Notes under the pieces: generated by a model
Databases searched by the model: none
Seen by the model: the letters and a program-made list of their open reading frames with translations, nothing else
Told to the model about the DNA's origin: nothing
NCBI GenBank assembly: GCA_017541265.1
Contig: JAFXZK010000084.1
Coordinates: 4,217-68,216, forward strand
Reading direction: 5' to 3'
From: Bacteroidaceae bacterium
Lineage (GTDB): Bacteria > Bacteroidota > Bacteroidia > Bacteroidales > Bacteroidaceae
Length of the DNA stretch: 64,000 nucleotides
Position numbers and translations under genes: made by a program
Shown here: positions 34,546-45,300 of the stretch, one piece after another
How positions within the stretch are numbered: position 1 is the stretch's first letter
Layout: every line of letters begins with the position of its first letter

Positions 34546-35445
34546 TTATACCAAGTGACCTATTATCTGTTCTCGGTCGCCGGGCAGGTAGTCGATGACG
34601 GGAATCTCAATCATCGTGTAGGCACCGGGCTGCTGCTTCATCGTGGCACGGGCGGCGTTGACGAGCACCTGAGCGGTGAGGGCGGGATTGTTGATCTTCA
34701 TGTTGAACTCGAAGAGCTGGTTGTGCGTCTGACCGCTCACGCCCTTGCGTACGAGGTTCACACCGTGGCCTACATCGTTCAGGGCATCCACGCTCTCCAC
34801 CTGGAAGACGTGCGTCTCGTCGTGGGAGAAATAGGGGTCAGCCTTGATGGCTTTCGTCACCTCTTCGAGGCTTGCACCCTCTTCCAGCTCGACATACACC
34901 ATGCGACGGTGGATGCCTTCGCCCACGGGAATGGTCATCGAGAGCGCGTCCTTCACACCCGCCTTGCTGCGCACGCAAACGCTGTGCCCCATCGAGCGGC
35001 CCGGACCGAAGTTCGTATAGGTCAGTCCCTTGGGTGCGAGGCTTTCCATCAATGTGCGGACGATGCTGTCGCTGCCCGGATCCCAGCCCGCCGATATGAT
35101 GCTCACGGCTCCATGCTGCTTTGCGGCAGCTGAGAGAGAGCGGCGAAGGTCGAGGATGGACGTGTGGATGTCGAAGCTATCCACAGTATTGATGCCCAAA
35201 GCGAGGCATTTGAGGGCGTGTTCCTCCACGGAACGGGTGGGGGTGGCCAGTATGGCAACATCCACCTTGCCCAGCTCCTTGATGTCCTTCACTACGGCAT
35301 AATCTGCCAATTCCGCAGGCTTGTCGGCTGCACCATTACGGCGCACGATGCCGGCAATCTCCATATCGGGAGCTGCCTGCAAAGCCTGAACGGTGTACTT
35401 CCCAATGTTTCCGTAACCAACAACGGCAATTCTTAGCTTGTCCAT
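34546..35445 (-). CDS. ddh: meso-diaminopimelate D-dehydrogenase
   Basis: N-terminal Rossmann RIAVVGYGNIGK. 299 aa. Overall pattern matches Bacteroidota/Corynebacterium Ddh. Confidence 0.85.
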   Translation of the reverse strand: MDKLRIAVVGYGNIGKYTVQALQAAPDMEIAGIVRRNGAADKPAELADYAVVKDIKELGKVDVAILATPTRSVEEHALKCLALGINTVDSFDIHTSILDLRRSLSAAAKQHGAVSIISAGWDPGSDSIVRTLMESLAPKGLTYTNFGPGRSMGHSVCVRSKAGVKDALSMTIPVGEGIHRRMVYVELEEGASLEEVTKAIKADPYFSHDETHVFQVESVDALNDVGHGVNLVRKGVSGQTHNQLFEFNMKINNPALTAQVLVNAARATMKQQPGAYTMIEIPVIDYLPGDREQIIGHLV

Positions 35446-35531
35446 GTCTTGTTATCTTTTAGTTCGTGTTATCCTTAATTCGCCGACAAAGGTACACCTT
35501 TTTCGCGAAACAGGCAACAAAAAGTCAAACT

Positions 35532-38500
35532 TTATCTGCCTTGTATGAGCTTTTTGCCGTTTTGGATGTAGATAGAGCCTGGCTTGAGGTCGGTGACGCG
35601 GCGGCCCATGAGGTCATAACATTTACTATTTGACAATTTACAATTTACAATTTCTTCCTCCACATGAGGTGCCTCAATGCCATCGATTATCTCGTCTGTC
35701 AGGTCGCCGACGATGGTGCCATAGTTTGCCCAGCTTGATGCCTGGTACTTCGAAAGGGCGCTGGCATAGACATGAATCGTGGGATTGCTGTTGAAGATGT
35801 ATGCCCCGAGGCTCGGCGGCGTGAGGGCTTTGACATAGACGTCCTTGACGGGCGAGTTGTAGAACACGCCCTGGCTCATGCTCGACACCTTCTTGCCGAT
35901 AATAACAGTTGAGAGCGTGCTGCTACCGCCAAAGGCTTCGAGACCGATTGAGGTGACAAGATCGGGAATCTCTATCATCTTGAGGCCAGAGAAGCGGAAA
36001 GCTCTGTCCTCTATCTTGGTCGTCTTTAGGGGCAGGCGCATCGAAACGAGTTTCTTGAAACTGTCGAAGGCGTAGGCTCCCACAGTATTGAGCGAGGTTG
36101 TGTAACTCTGATAGTAGGCCGAGCCGCCAGACACGATTTTGGCCTGCGAGAGGTCTATTGACTGGAGATTGCCCTCGCTAAGGAGCTGGCGCAGGTACTT
36201 GATGTCCTTGCCGTTGATGTTGCCGCTGATGGTGGCCTTGATTGCCTTGTCAGAGAGAGAGTCTGCCAAGACACCGGCCTTAGGCATGACTACATACTCC
36301 GCGCCGCTGCCAGCTCTGATGATTTTGTGCAGGGAACCGTCGGCATCAAGAGAGTACATCGAATATTGAACATTGAACATTGAAGACGGGATGCAGAAGC
36401 TCTTGGCATTGGCGGCGAAGAGGAGATTGTCGAACGCATCGAGCGCCAAGAAGCCCAGTCCGCCTTCGCCCTCCAGGGCATAGAGCGAGTCGGCTTGCAG
36501 ATAAGTATAATCCGAAGGCGCACATGCACCGGGCAGATAGTCGGTGAACTGCCCGACGTCGCCGCACTGGCCCACCTTATCCGACTCGCGCCGCTTCTGC
36601 CCTGCCGTCGTGATGAAGCCTGTCGTGAGCACATAGTCGGCACGGTCCTCGATGAAGAGTATCTCGCGGTTCTTTGTCGGGTACTTGGCAATCTCCGCCA
36701 ACGTCTTGTCTATGTCGGACTGAGAGACCGTCATGTAGTGTGCGCCGTAGTCGTTGACCAGAAAGTTATTGAGCGGCTCGAAGAAGCCCCAGACCCTAAA
36801 GAAGTCCGTGAGGTCCTCCTGCACGATTTCGCACACCTTGCGGACAAACTTCAGGCAGCCCGTGTTGGAGCTGTAGAGGGTCAGCGGGTCTTCGCGTAGC
36901 TTCTTGAAGAGCGTCGGGTAGAACGACGTGTTCCGCTGTGCCAAGTGATAGTATAGGTAGAGCTGCCAGTACATGCGCATCTGGCTGTCGAGCGGACGGG
37001 TGAAGAACGGTTCGCGCCGTGCATGTTCGTCCATGATGGTGGAAAGAGGCGAGCCGCTGGACGTGATGAGTCCCGTGTGGAAGCGGATGTAGTTGGAGAA
37101 GAGGTTGTTCGAGACCTCCGTACCGCCTTCCACGGTGATAGCGCCCTGATTGTTGTGTCCGCACTCATGGGCAGCGCACCAGTCGTCGAAGTCTGCCGTG
37201 CGGCTCACGTCGAAGGAGCTTTGGACGCAGCCTGCCGTGTTGTACATTGTGCGGAAGGCAGCCGAGTTGGCAAAGCCGCCGTCGGTCGATTCACCTTCCA
37301 CCGCGAAGTTCGGGTTGTTATAGTATTTTGGGAAGAAGGCTTCGCCGCCCGAAATGTAGAACGGCGCACCAGCCCGCTGACCCGAAGCCACAGACTCGCA
37401 GATGCCCATCAGCTCCTTCTCCCAGACGGTCAGGCTGTCGAACCAGCAAATGCTCTTCTCGATGGTCTTCGGCCAGACACTTCTGTATGTGCTTGTCTTG
37501 AAGTTGAAGAGGGACTGCCCGCCCTTGACTGTGAAGCGTTCATGAGTGGCTGCGGCAAGGATGGCCTTGTAGTCGCTGTCGCTCTGCCGCTTCACGTCGT
37601 AGTAGCCATTCACTACGCCGCCCTCGATGTGAATCTTCATGTCGGGCCACTCGTCGAGGGTCTTCTTCATCGTTTTCGTGTCTGCTATATATAATATGTA
37701 GAAGAGGGCAGCCTCTGTACCATCGACGATGTTCAGTCCCTTCTTGAGCATCTTGCCCTGCTTGGCACTGGTGACGAGGTCGTTGCCCTGACAGCCAGCG
37801 ATATAGAGCGTGGCGCCAGAGGGTATGTCGCTATCCACAAAGACATAGAGCGGGTCGTAGCCCGACGTGTAGATGCCTGTTGGGTTGCCCATGAAGGAGC
37901 CGCCCGTGCTGCGTAGCTTGCTGTTCCAGTAGCCCGCATCGCTGTATGCACTATACGAATGGATGCGGAAATCCTTCTCATAGGGCCTCCAGTCCTCGTT
38001 CTTCAGTTTCAGGGCAATGTCCCTCATAAACGAGGGCATACCCGCCTCGGTGAGGGATTGCGTCAGCTCCTCATCGCTCATGGCCTTGTACTCGGCCTTC
38101 AGCTCGGTGCAGGCCACGTCCTCGAAGAAGGTGCCTGCCAACGTGTTGACGATAGCGCTGGAGTCGGCCTCTTCCTCAGGATAGTAGCGTTCCAGGTTTC
38201 CTTGAATGGTGCCGTACTGCTTCCAAGTTGATGCCTTGTAGTCGTTGAGGACACTGGAATAGACAAGAATCTTCGGGCTTGCCGTGAAGATATAGGCGTC
38301 AAGCGAAGGCGGAGTCTTGGGCTTGACGTATGCCGTCGTGATGGAAGACGAGTTGTAGAAAACGGCCTGCTCGAGCTTCGACACCCTCTTGCCAATGACG
38401 ATGGTCTTGAGGGCGTTGCAGTCGGCAAAGCAAGCGCCGCCTAATCTGGTAACGGCATCGGGGACTTCCACCTTGCTGATGCCCGTCTTGGAAAAGGCGT

Positions 38501-38879
38501 ATCTGCCGATGGTGGTTATTGTCGTGGGCAAGACAACTGTTTTGAGCTTCGAGCAGTCGGCAAACATGTAATCGCCCAACACATCGTCCTGCGTCGTGTA
38601 GCTCTCGTTGTAAGCCACGCCGCCGCTAACGATACGGACGTCCTCCAAGTTGAGCGAAGTTACAGCTCCTGCGTTTATCTTCTCGCGGAGGAACTTGACA
38701 TCGGTGCCGTTGATTTTGCCCGTCAGTTTGAGCGTCTTGGAAGTCATCTCAAAGATTGAGGACAAAGTGCCAGCTGTTGCCACATGAATGGTGTCGGCTG
38801 CCCAGCCGTTCGACGAAACGAGACAGGCGATGCCTGCCAGCACCGCGCCGAGTATTCTCTTGATTCCTATACCTTGCAT
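35532..38879 (-). CDS. secreted LRR / M60-like metallopeptidase / LRR protein with sorting-type C-terminal tail (paralog 1, 1115 aa)
   Basis: Signal peptide. BspA/LRR_5-type repeats at both ends. HECGH at 37155-37169 with downstream Glu (TEVSNNLFSNY). C-terminal CYDLMGRRVTDLKPGSIYIQNGKK. Confidence 0.8.
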   Translation of the reverse strand: MQGIGIKRILGAVLAGIACLVSSNGWAADTIHVATAGTLSSIFEMTSKTLKLTGKINGTDVKFLREKINAGAVTSLNLEDVRIVSGGVAYNESYTTQDDVLGDYMFADCSKLKTVVLPTTITTIGRYAFSKTGISKVEVPDAVTRLGGACFADCNALKTIVIGKRVSKLEQAVFYNSSSITTAYVKPKTPPSLDAYIFTASPKILVYSSVLNDYKASTWKQYGTIQGNLERYYPEEEADSSAIVNTLAGTFFEDVACTELKAEYKAMSDEELTQSLTEAGMPSFMRDIALKLKNEDWRPYEKDFRIHSYSAYSDAGYWNSKLRSTGGSFMGNPTGIYTSGYDPLYVFVDSDIPSGATLYIAGCQGNDLVTSAKQGKMLKKGLNIVDGTEAALFYILYIADTKTMKKTLDEWPDMKIHIEGGVVNGYYDVKRQSDSDYKAILAAATHERFTVKGGQSLFNFKTSTYRSVWPKTIEKSICWFDSLTVWEKELMGICESVASGQRAGAPFYISGGEAFFPKYYNNPNFAVEGESTDGGFANSAAFRTMYNTAGCVQSSFDVSRTADFDDWCAAHECGHNNQGAITVEGGTEVSNNLFSNYIRFHTGLITSSGSPLSTIMDEHARREPFFTRPLDSQMRMYWQLYLYYHLAQRNTSFYPTLFKKLREDPLTLYSSNTGCLKFVRKVCEIVQEDLTDFFRVWGFFEPLNNFLVNDYGAHYMTVSQSDIDKTLAEIAKYPTKNREILFIEDRADYVLTTGFITTAGQKRRESDKVGQCGDVGQFTDYLPGACAPSDYTYLQADSLYALEGEGGLGFLALDAFDNLLFAANAKSFCIPSSMFNVQYSMYSLDADGSLHKIIRAGSGAEYVVMPKAGVLADSLSDKAIKATISGNINGKDIKYLRQLLSEGNLQSIDLSQAKIVSGGSAYYQSYTTSLNTVGAYAFDSFKKLVSMRLPLKTTKIEDRAFRFSGLKMIEIPDLVTSIGLEAFGGSSTLSTVIIGKKVSSMSQGVFYNSPVKDVYVKALTPPSLGAYIFNSNPTIHVYASALSKYQASSWANYGTIVGDLTDEIIDGIEAPHVEEEIVNCKLSNSKCYDLMGRRVTDLKPGSIYIQNGKKLIQGR
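35618..35664 (-). repeat. aaattgtaaat-family module embedded in frame in M60-like paralog 1
   Basis: aacatttactatttgacaatttacaatttacaatttcttcctccaca is identical over 47 nt to 42467-42513. Encodes VEEEIVNCKLSNSKC. Confidence 0.85.
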
Positions 38880-38913
38880 ATCTGTGTCTTTAATGTACTT
38901 TTCAAACTACCTA

Positions 38914-39011
38914 CACCTAATTGATAAATTAGGCACGCCTAATTCGCAAACTAGATACGTCTAATTGGAAAACTAGGCACGTCTAGTTAGCCAACTAACC
39001 GTGCCTAGTTT
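38914..39011. repeat. taggcacgcctaatt hairpin-word array, locus 2 (between M60-like paralogs 2 and 1)
   Basis: cacctaattgataaattaggcacgcctaattcgcaaactagatacgtctaattggaaaactaggcacgtctagttagccaactaaccgtgcctagtt. Same words as 8772-8853. Confidence 0.75.
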
Positions 39012-39026
39012 CAAGGGGCGACACTT

Positions 39027-42000
39027 TTACTTGCCGAACATAAACTTCTTGCCGCCACGAATGTAAATGGTGCCCGGCTGGAGGACTGTAACCTTGCGGC
39101 CCATCAGGTCGTAGCAGCTGTCCGAGTACTCTGAGTTCTCTGAATAATCCGAGTCTTCTGAAATCTCCTCGATGCCGTCAATCATCTCGTCTGTCAGGTC
39201 GCCCACGATGGTGCCGAACCTTTCCCAGTTTGCGGCCTTGTACTTCTCGACTGCACTGGCATAGACGTGTATGGTGCGGTTCTTGCCAGCAAAGAGATAG
39301 TCGCTGACACCGTTCAGGGTTGGAGGTGTGAGGGGCTTGACGTATGCGTCCTTGAGAGCGGAGCTGCCGTAGAAGATACCCTGCTCCATCGACTTAACGC
39401 CCTTGCCGATAATCACAGCCTCCAGCGAGTTGCAGTAGGCAAAGGCATCGCCGCCAATAGAGGTCACCTTGTCGGGAATCTCAATGAACTTGATGCTTGA
39501 ACCCGAGAAGGCAGCGGCCCCAATGCTGGTAAGCGTGAAAGGCAACTTTATTGAGACAAGCTTCTTGATATTCTGGAAAGCGTTGGCAGGGAAGGAGGTG
39601 AGTCGAGCCTGTTCGAGGTCTATGGACTGAAGGTTCTCTTCGTTGACAAGTTGCTTCATGTATTTGAGGTCTGTCGTGCTAATCGGTCCGCTTACAATCA
39701 ACTTGATGCATTGGTCGTTCTCCAGCTTCGTCTTGAGAGTTCCTGCTCTGGAAAGCTCGACATATTCTGTGCCGCTGCCTGCCCTGGTGACTTCGTGGAG
39801 TGAGCCATCGGCATCGTAGGAGTAGATTTTGAAGTCTCTGCCTACGCTTGTCGGGACGCAAAGGTTCTTCGAGTTGGAGGCATACTTGAGATTGTTTTCA
39901 GCATCGAGCATCAGAATGCCCAGACCGCCTGTACCCTCTAATGCATAGAGGGAGTCGGACTGGAAATAGACATATTCCGAAGGCTCACAGGCTCCGGGGA
40001 GATAGTCGGTGAACTGACCAAGCTCGCCGTATTGACCCACCTTGTCCGAGCCGCGACGCTTCTTGCCTGCTGCCTGGAGGAAGCCTGTCGAGAGCACATA
40101 GTCGGCACGGTCCTCGACAAAGATAATCTCGCGGTTCTTTTTCTCGTATTGTGAAATCTTGGACTTCGTGCTGTTGATGGTGGCCTTCGTCACAGCGATA
40201 GGATGCGAGCCGTAATCATCAATCTTTGTTCCGGCCTTTATCGGTTCAAAGAAACCCCAGATGTCGAAGAAGTCGGTGAGGTCTTCTTGTGCAATCTCGC
40301 AGACCTTGCGGACGAACTTCAGGCCGCCGTTGGTGTTGTTCGAGGAGTTGTAGAGCGACAACGGGTCTTTACGCAGTGCCTTGAACAGCTCTGGGTAGAA
40401 GGACGTGTTCTTCTGCCCCAAGTGATAATAAAGGTAGAGGTTCCAGTAGAAGCGCAAGCGGCTGTTCACGTCCCTGAAGTAGAAAGGTTCATGGCGTGCA
40501 TACTCGTTCATCACCTGGGCAAGCGACGAGCCGTTCGATGTGTTGAGGCCGCCAAGATAGCAGACGAGGTTCGAGAAGACGTTGTTCGATGCCTCGGTGC
40601 AGCCTTCCAGATTAATGGCCCTCTGGTTGTTGTGGCCGCATTCATGGGCTGCGCACCAGTCATCCATCTCGGAGTTCGTGGCATTGAGGCAGTTTCTGAT
40701 GCAGTCAATGCCGTTGTAGCTGGTCCTGTAAGCTGTAGAGTTTGCATAGCCGGCATCCTCTGGCTCGCCTTCGATGGCGAAGTTCGGGTTGTTGTAGTAG
40801 ATGGGATAGATAGCTTCGCCGCCCGTCAGGTACCAGGGATAGCCTGCCTTCTTGCCTGTAGCCACCTCTTCGGTCATGCCCATCAGGTTCTTCTCCCAAA
40901 CAGCCACGCTGTCGAACCAGCAGATGCTCTTATTCATTATAGTGGCCGTCTTGAACACTTCCTTAAAGGATGCGGTCTTGAGATGGATGAGGGAATGCCC
41001 GCCTCTGACAGTAAAGCGATTGAGTTTGGCTGCTTTTAGAATATTCAGGTAATCGGTGGAGGCGTGGAAGTTGACATCATAGTAGCCGTTCACTACGCCG
41101 CCCTCGACATGAATCTTTATCTCAGGCCATTGGTCGAGGGTCTTCCTCATTAACTTCGTGTCGGCAGTATAGACGATGTAGTAGAGGGCATTCTTCGTAC
41201 CTTCAACGACATTGAGGCCCTTCACGAGCTTCTTGCCTGTCGTGGCATTGGTGATGAGTTGGTTATCTACGCATCCGGCGAAGTAGAGCGTAGCGTCGCT
41301 GGGCACGTTCTCGTCAACGAAGACATAAATCTCGTCGCCGTCATTTGCTGCATAGATGCCTGTCGGGTTGCCCATGTAGGAGCCGCCGCTGGCCATCATC
41401 TTGTCGTTCCAGTAGTTGGCATCGCTGTATGCCTTGTAGCTGTGGATGCGGAAGTCCTGCTCATAGGCTGCCCATGAGTTGTTCTTCACCTTGAGGGCTG
41501 TGGCAATCATCCATTCGGGCATTCCCACTTCGGTCAGGGCAGCCGTCAGTTCCTCGTCGCTCATGGCTTGATATTCGGGTTTCAGCTGGGTGCAGGCAGC
41601 ATCCTCGAAGTAGTTGCCGCACAGGGTTTGTGCGATAACATTGGGATCTGCCTCCATTGGATAGTAGTTCTCAAGGCCACCCACGATGGTGCCCAAGGTC
41701 TTCCAATCCGTTGCCTTATAGTCTGTCAGAGCAGGCGTATAGACATAGATTTTAGGATTTGACGAGAAGAGATAAGCTGGAACGCTGGGAGGTGTCATGG
41801 GCTTCACATAAACCGTCTTGACATCAGACTGGTAGAACACGCCCTGGTTCATCTGTTTTACTTTCTTGCCTATGACCACCTTCTCTAAGGAGCTACAGTA
41901 TGCGAAGGCGTCACCACCGAGCTTCGTCACGCTGCCTGGAATGTCGATTTCCTTGAGGCCTGTCCTCGAGAAGGCGTTGGTCTGAATGGCTGTCACCGTC

Positions 42001-42356
42001 GTGGGCAGCACCATCGCCTGAAGCTTCGAGCACTCGTAGAACATCTGTTCGCCTATGATGTCGTTCGCCGTCGTGTAGGTTCCGACGTAGGCTTCACCGC
42101 CGCTCACGATGCTCACACCCGACCAGTCGAGGCTCGTAACGGTTCCTGCCTCGACGAGCGAGCGGATGTACTTGATGTCGGTGCCGTTAATGAAGCCCGT
42201 CACCTTGAGCTCAGTGTCGGTACTCGTCAAGAGAGAGGACAGCGTGCCGGCTGTCTCGACATGGATTTCCGTTACGGCAAAGAGGTTTGCCGAAACGAGA
42301 CAAGTCATAGCTGCCAATGACAACCTGAAGAGTTTTGTGTAGTTTTTCTTGTCCAT
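39027..42356 (-). CDS. secreted LRR / M60-like metallopeptidase / LRR protein (paralog 2, 1109 aa)
   Basis: Same architecture as paralog 1. HECGH at 40632-40646. C-terminal CYDLMGRKVTVLQPGTIYIRGGKK. Confidence 0.8.
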   Translation of the reverse strand: MDKKNYTKLFRLSLAAMTCLVSANLFAVTEIHVETAGTLSSLLTSTDTELKVTGFINGTDIKYIRSLVEAGTVTSLDWSGVSIVSGGEAYVGTYTTANDIIGEQMFYECSKLQAMVLPTTVTAIQTNAFSRTGLKEIDIPGSVTKLGGDAFAYCSSLEKVVIGKKVKQMNQGVFYQSDVKTVYVKPMTPPSVPAYLFSSNPKIYVYTPALTDYKATDWKTLGTIVGGLENYYPMEADPNVIAQTLCGNYFEDAACTQLKPEYQAMSDEELTAALTEVGMPEWMIATALKVKNNSWAAYEQDFRIHSYKAYSDANYWNDKMMASGGSYMGNPTGIYAANDGDEIYVFVDENVPSDATLYFAGCVDNQLITNATTGKKLVKGLNVVEGTKNALYYIVYTADTKLMRKTLDQWPEIKIHVEGGVVNGYYDVNFHASTDYLNILKAAKLNRFTVRGGHSLIHLKTASFKEVFKTATIMNKSICWFDSVAVWEKNLMGMTEEVATGKKAGYPWYLTGGEAIYPIYYNNPNFAIEGEPEDAGYANSTAYRTSYNGIDCIRNCLNATNSEMDDWCAAHECGHNNQRAINLEGCTEASNNVFSNLVCYLGGLNTSNGSSLAQVMNEYARHEPFYFRDVNSRLRFYWNLYLYYHLGQKNTSFYPELFKALRKDPLSLYNSSNNTNGGLKFVRKVCEIAQEDLTDFFDIWGFFEPIKAGTKIDDYGSHPIAVTKATINSTKSKISQYEKKNREIIFVEDRADYVLSTGFLQAAGKKRRGSDKVGQYGELGQFTDYLPGACEPSEYVYFQSDSLYALEGTGGLGILMLDAENNLKYASNSKNLCVPTSVGRDFKIYSYDADGSLHEVTRAGSGTEYVELSRAGTLKTKLENDQCIKLIVSGPISTTDLKYMKQLVNEENLQSIDLEQARLTSFPANAFQNIKKLVSIKLPFTLTSIGAAAFSGSSIKFIEIPDKVTSIGGDAFAYCNSLEAVIIGKGVKSMEQGIFYGSSALKDAYVKPLTPPTLNGVSDYLFAGKNRTIHVYASAVEKYKAANWERFGTIVGDLTDEMIDGIEEISEDSDYSENSEYSDSCYDLMGRKVTVLQPGTIYIRGGKKFMFGK

Positions 42357-42380
42357 AGTTTATGTTAGTTTTTAGTTTAG

Positions 42381-45300
42381 TTATTGCTTTATCATAATCT
42401 TCTTGCCGTTTCGGATGTAGATGTTACCGGGCTTCAAGGCTGTAACCCTGCGCCCCAGGAGATCGTAACATTTACTATTTGACAATTTACAATTTACAAT
42501 TTCTTCCTCCACACGGGGTGCCTCTATGCCATCAATTATCTCGTCTGTCAGGTCGCCGACGATTGTGCCATAGCTTGCCCAGTCCGATGCCTGATACCTG
42601 GAGAGGGCGCTGGCATAGACGTGAATTGTGGGGTTGCTGCTGAAAAGGTAGTTGCCAACGCTCGGCGGAGTGAGTGGTGTGACGTAAACGTCCTTTACCT
42701 TAGAGCTATAGAATGCGCCTTTCGAGATTGTCTTTGCACCCTTGCCAATAAGCACGGTAGCCAGATTGTCACAATATGCGAAAGCATCTTCGCCTATGGC
42801 CGTCACTTTATCGGGTATCTCTATCATGCTCAGGCTGGTTCTGGAGAATGCATTCGAGCCTATCTTTGTGATAGTGAGTGGCAACTTCATATATGCGAGT
42901 TTCCGTAAGCCATAAAAGGCGTAATCGCCCATGCTGTTGATACTTGTGCTGTATGAAGTGCCGTTGTTTGTATAATAGGCTCCGCCGCCTGCTACGACTC
43001 TGGCGTCCGAGAGGTTGATGCTCTGGAGGTTTTCTTCGTTGATGAGTTGACGCATGTACTTGATGTCCTTGCCATTGATTTTCCCACTGACGGTAAGTTT
43101 GATGGCATTGGCCCGGTCGTCCGTGAGTTCTGTCTGAAGCGTGCCTGCTGTAGCGAGTGTGACGCTCTCTTCGCCATTGCCTGCCCTGACGACTTCGTGA
43201 AGTGAGCCATCGGCATCAACGCTATAGATAGTGAAGTCGCGGTCAACGCTTTTGGGTATGACTATGCATTTGGAATTGGCTGCATACTTGATGTTGTTGT
43301 CTGCATCGAGCATGAGGAAACCGACACCTCCGGTGCCTACCATCGCGTAGAGCGAGTCTGATCGGTAATAAACATACGACGAGGGCTCACATGCTCCGGG
43401 GAGATAACTGGTGAACTGTCCGACGTCGCCCCAGTGGTTGTCATCCTGTCCTAATCGCTTCTGCCTTGCTGTCGTGACGAAACTTGTGGTCGGCAGAGTC
43501 TCCACACGATCCTCGATGAAGATAATCTCGCGGTTCTTCACGGGATACTTGGCTATGGTGGCCTTTGTGCTTTTGATGTCGGCCTGCCTCGTCGTGACGT
43601 AATGGTCGCCGTAGTCCTCGACGTAGAGGTTGGAGGTAGGTTCGAAGAAGCCATAGATGGTGAAGAAGTCCGTGAGGTCTTCCTGAGCTGTCTCGCACAC
43701 CTTGCGGACGAATTTCAGGCCAGAGGTGTTATTGTTGATGTTGGTGCCCTGCGACTTCAACCTGTCTGCACGCAGAGCCTTGAACAGCTCGGGAAAGAAG
43801 GAGGTGTTCTTCTGTGCCTGATGATAGTAGAGGTAGAGGGAGAAGAACAGGCGCAGACAGCTGTTGTTGACATTGCGGCTGTAGAAGGGCACGCGGTTCG
43901 CAAACTCCTGCATGGTAGTGCTCAAAGGGTTGCCCGAAGTTATCCTGTGCCCAACATGGAACCGGCAATAGTTGGAGAAGAGGTCGTTAGTGCCTTCGGT
44001 GAAGCCTACCAGCATGATGGGGAACTGGAGCTGATGCCCAAACTCATGTGCCGTGCCATTCTCGTCATAATTCGACACGTATGGGTTGAGGAAAGTCTTG
44101 CTTGCGTCGAGGGAGATGTGTATGCCGTACTCGGTGGAATGTGCGACAGAACCTGGCGAGTTGTTATCCACATAAGTGGGATTGTTGAAGTAGCCCGGAT
44201 AGAAGGCATCGCCACCTGAGAGATAGAAAGGAGCGCCGGCTTTCTCTCCGTTAACCACAGCTTCGGTCATACCGGAAAGGTCCTTTTCCCATACCGAAAG
44301 GCTGTCGAGACATGCAACTGCCTTGGCGATTCTGCTCGGGTAGGTTTGCTTGAGGACTGACGTCCTGATGTTCATAACGGAGTGCTTGCCCTTGCAGACG
44401 AATGTGGAGTTGGCGGCAGCGTTCAGAAGCTTCTTGTAGTCGGTGTCGGTATGGCGGGAAGCGTCGAAGTAGCCGTCCACCTTGCCGCCCTCAATGTGTA
44501 TCTTTATCTCCGGCCACTCTTCCAGCCTTTTGGTCATCGTTTTTGTGTCGGCAGTATAGAGGATGTAGTAAAATTTGTCTGCGTCACCATCAACGATGTT
44601 GAGGCCTTTCTTGAGCTTCTGCCCTGTCTTGCCAGAAGTGAACATCTGGTCAACGCCAGAGCCTGCGATGTAGAGTGTCGCGTCTTCGGGCACATCCTGG
44701 TCAACAAAGACATAGAGCTGGTCTGTATATGACTGGACATAGATGCCCGTCGGGTTACCCATATAGGAAGCGCAACGTACCCAGAGCTTCTCGTTCCAGT
44801 AATTCGCATCGCTATAAGCTTTGTACGAGTGGATGCGGAACTCCTGCTCGTAGGCTGCCCAAGAGTTGTTCTTTATCTTGAGGGCAATGGCTGTCATCTG
44901 TTCCGGCAAACCTGCTTCGGTCATAGCAACCGTCAGTTCCTCGTCATTCATTGCCTGATATTCGGACTTCAACTGTGTACAGGCGGCATCTTCGAAGAAG
45001 TTCTCGCACAATTCGTTCAGCAGGTCATCCTCATCTGGCTCCATCGGATAGTAGTTCGCCAGCGTGCCGGAGAGCGTGCCATAATTGTTCCAGCCCAGTT
45101 CCTTGTAGTCAGCCAAAGCTTCCTTATAGACATAAATCCTCGGGCTTGTCGAGAAGAGATAGGATGGCGGGCTGGGAGGCGTGATGGGCTTGACGTATGC
45201 GTTCTGAACGGAAGAAGCATAGAAAGAACCCTTGCTCAACTGGTTCACCTTCTTGCCGATGATGACAGTTTTCAGCGAGCCACAATAAGCGAAAGCATCT

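Noticed and set aside
38880-39026. An independent -7 promoter box for M60-like paralog 1 in the 147-nt spacer.
   Set aside because: The best candidate on the minus strand (ggtagtttg) has the wrong spacing for TAnnTTTG, so whether paralog 1 has its own promoter is left open.
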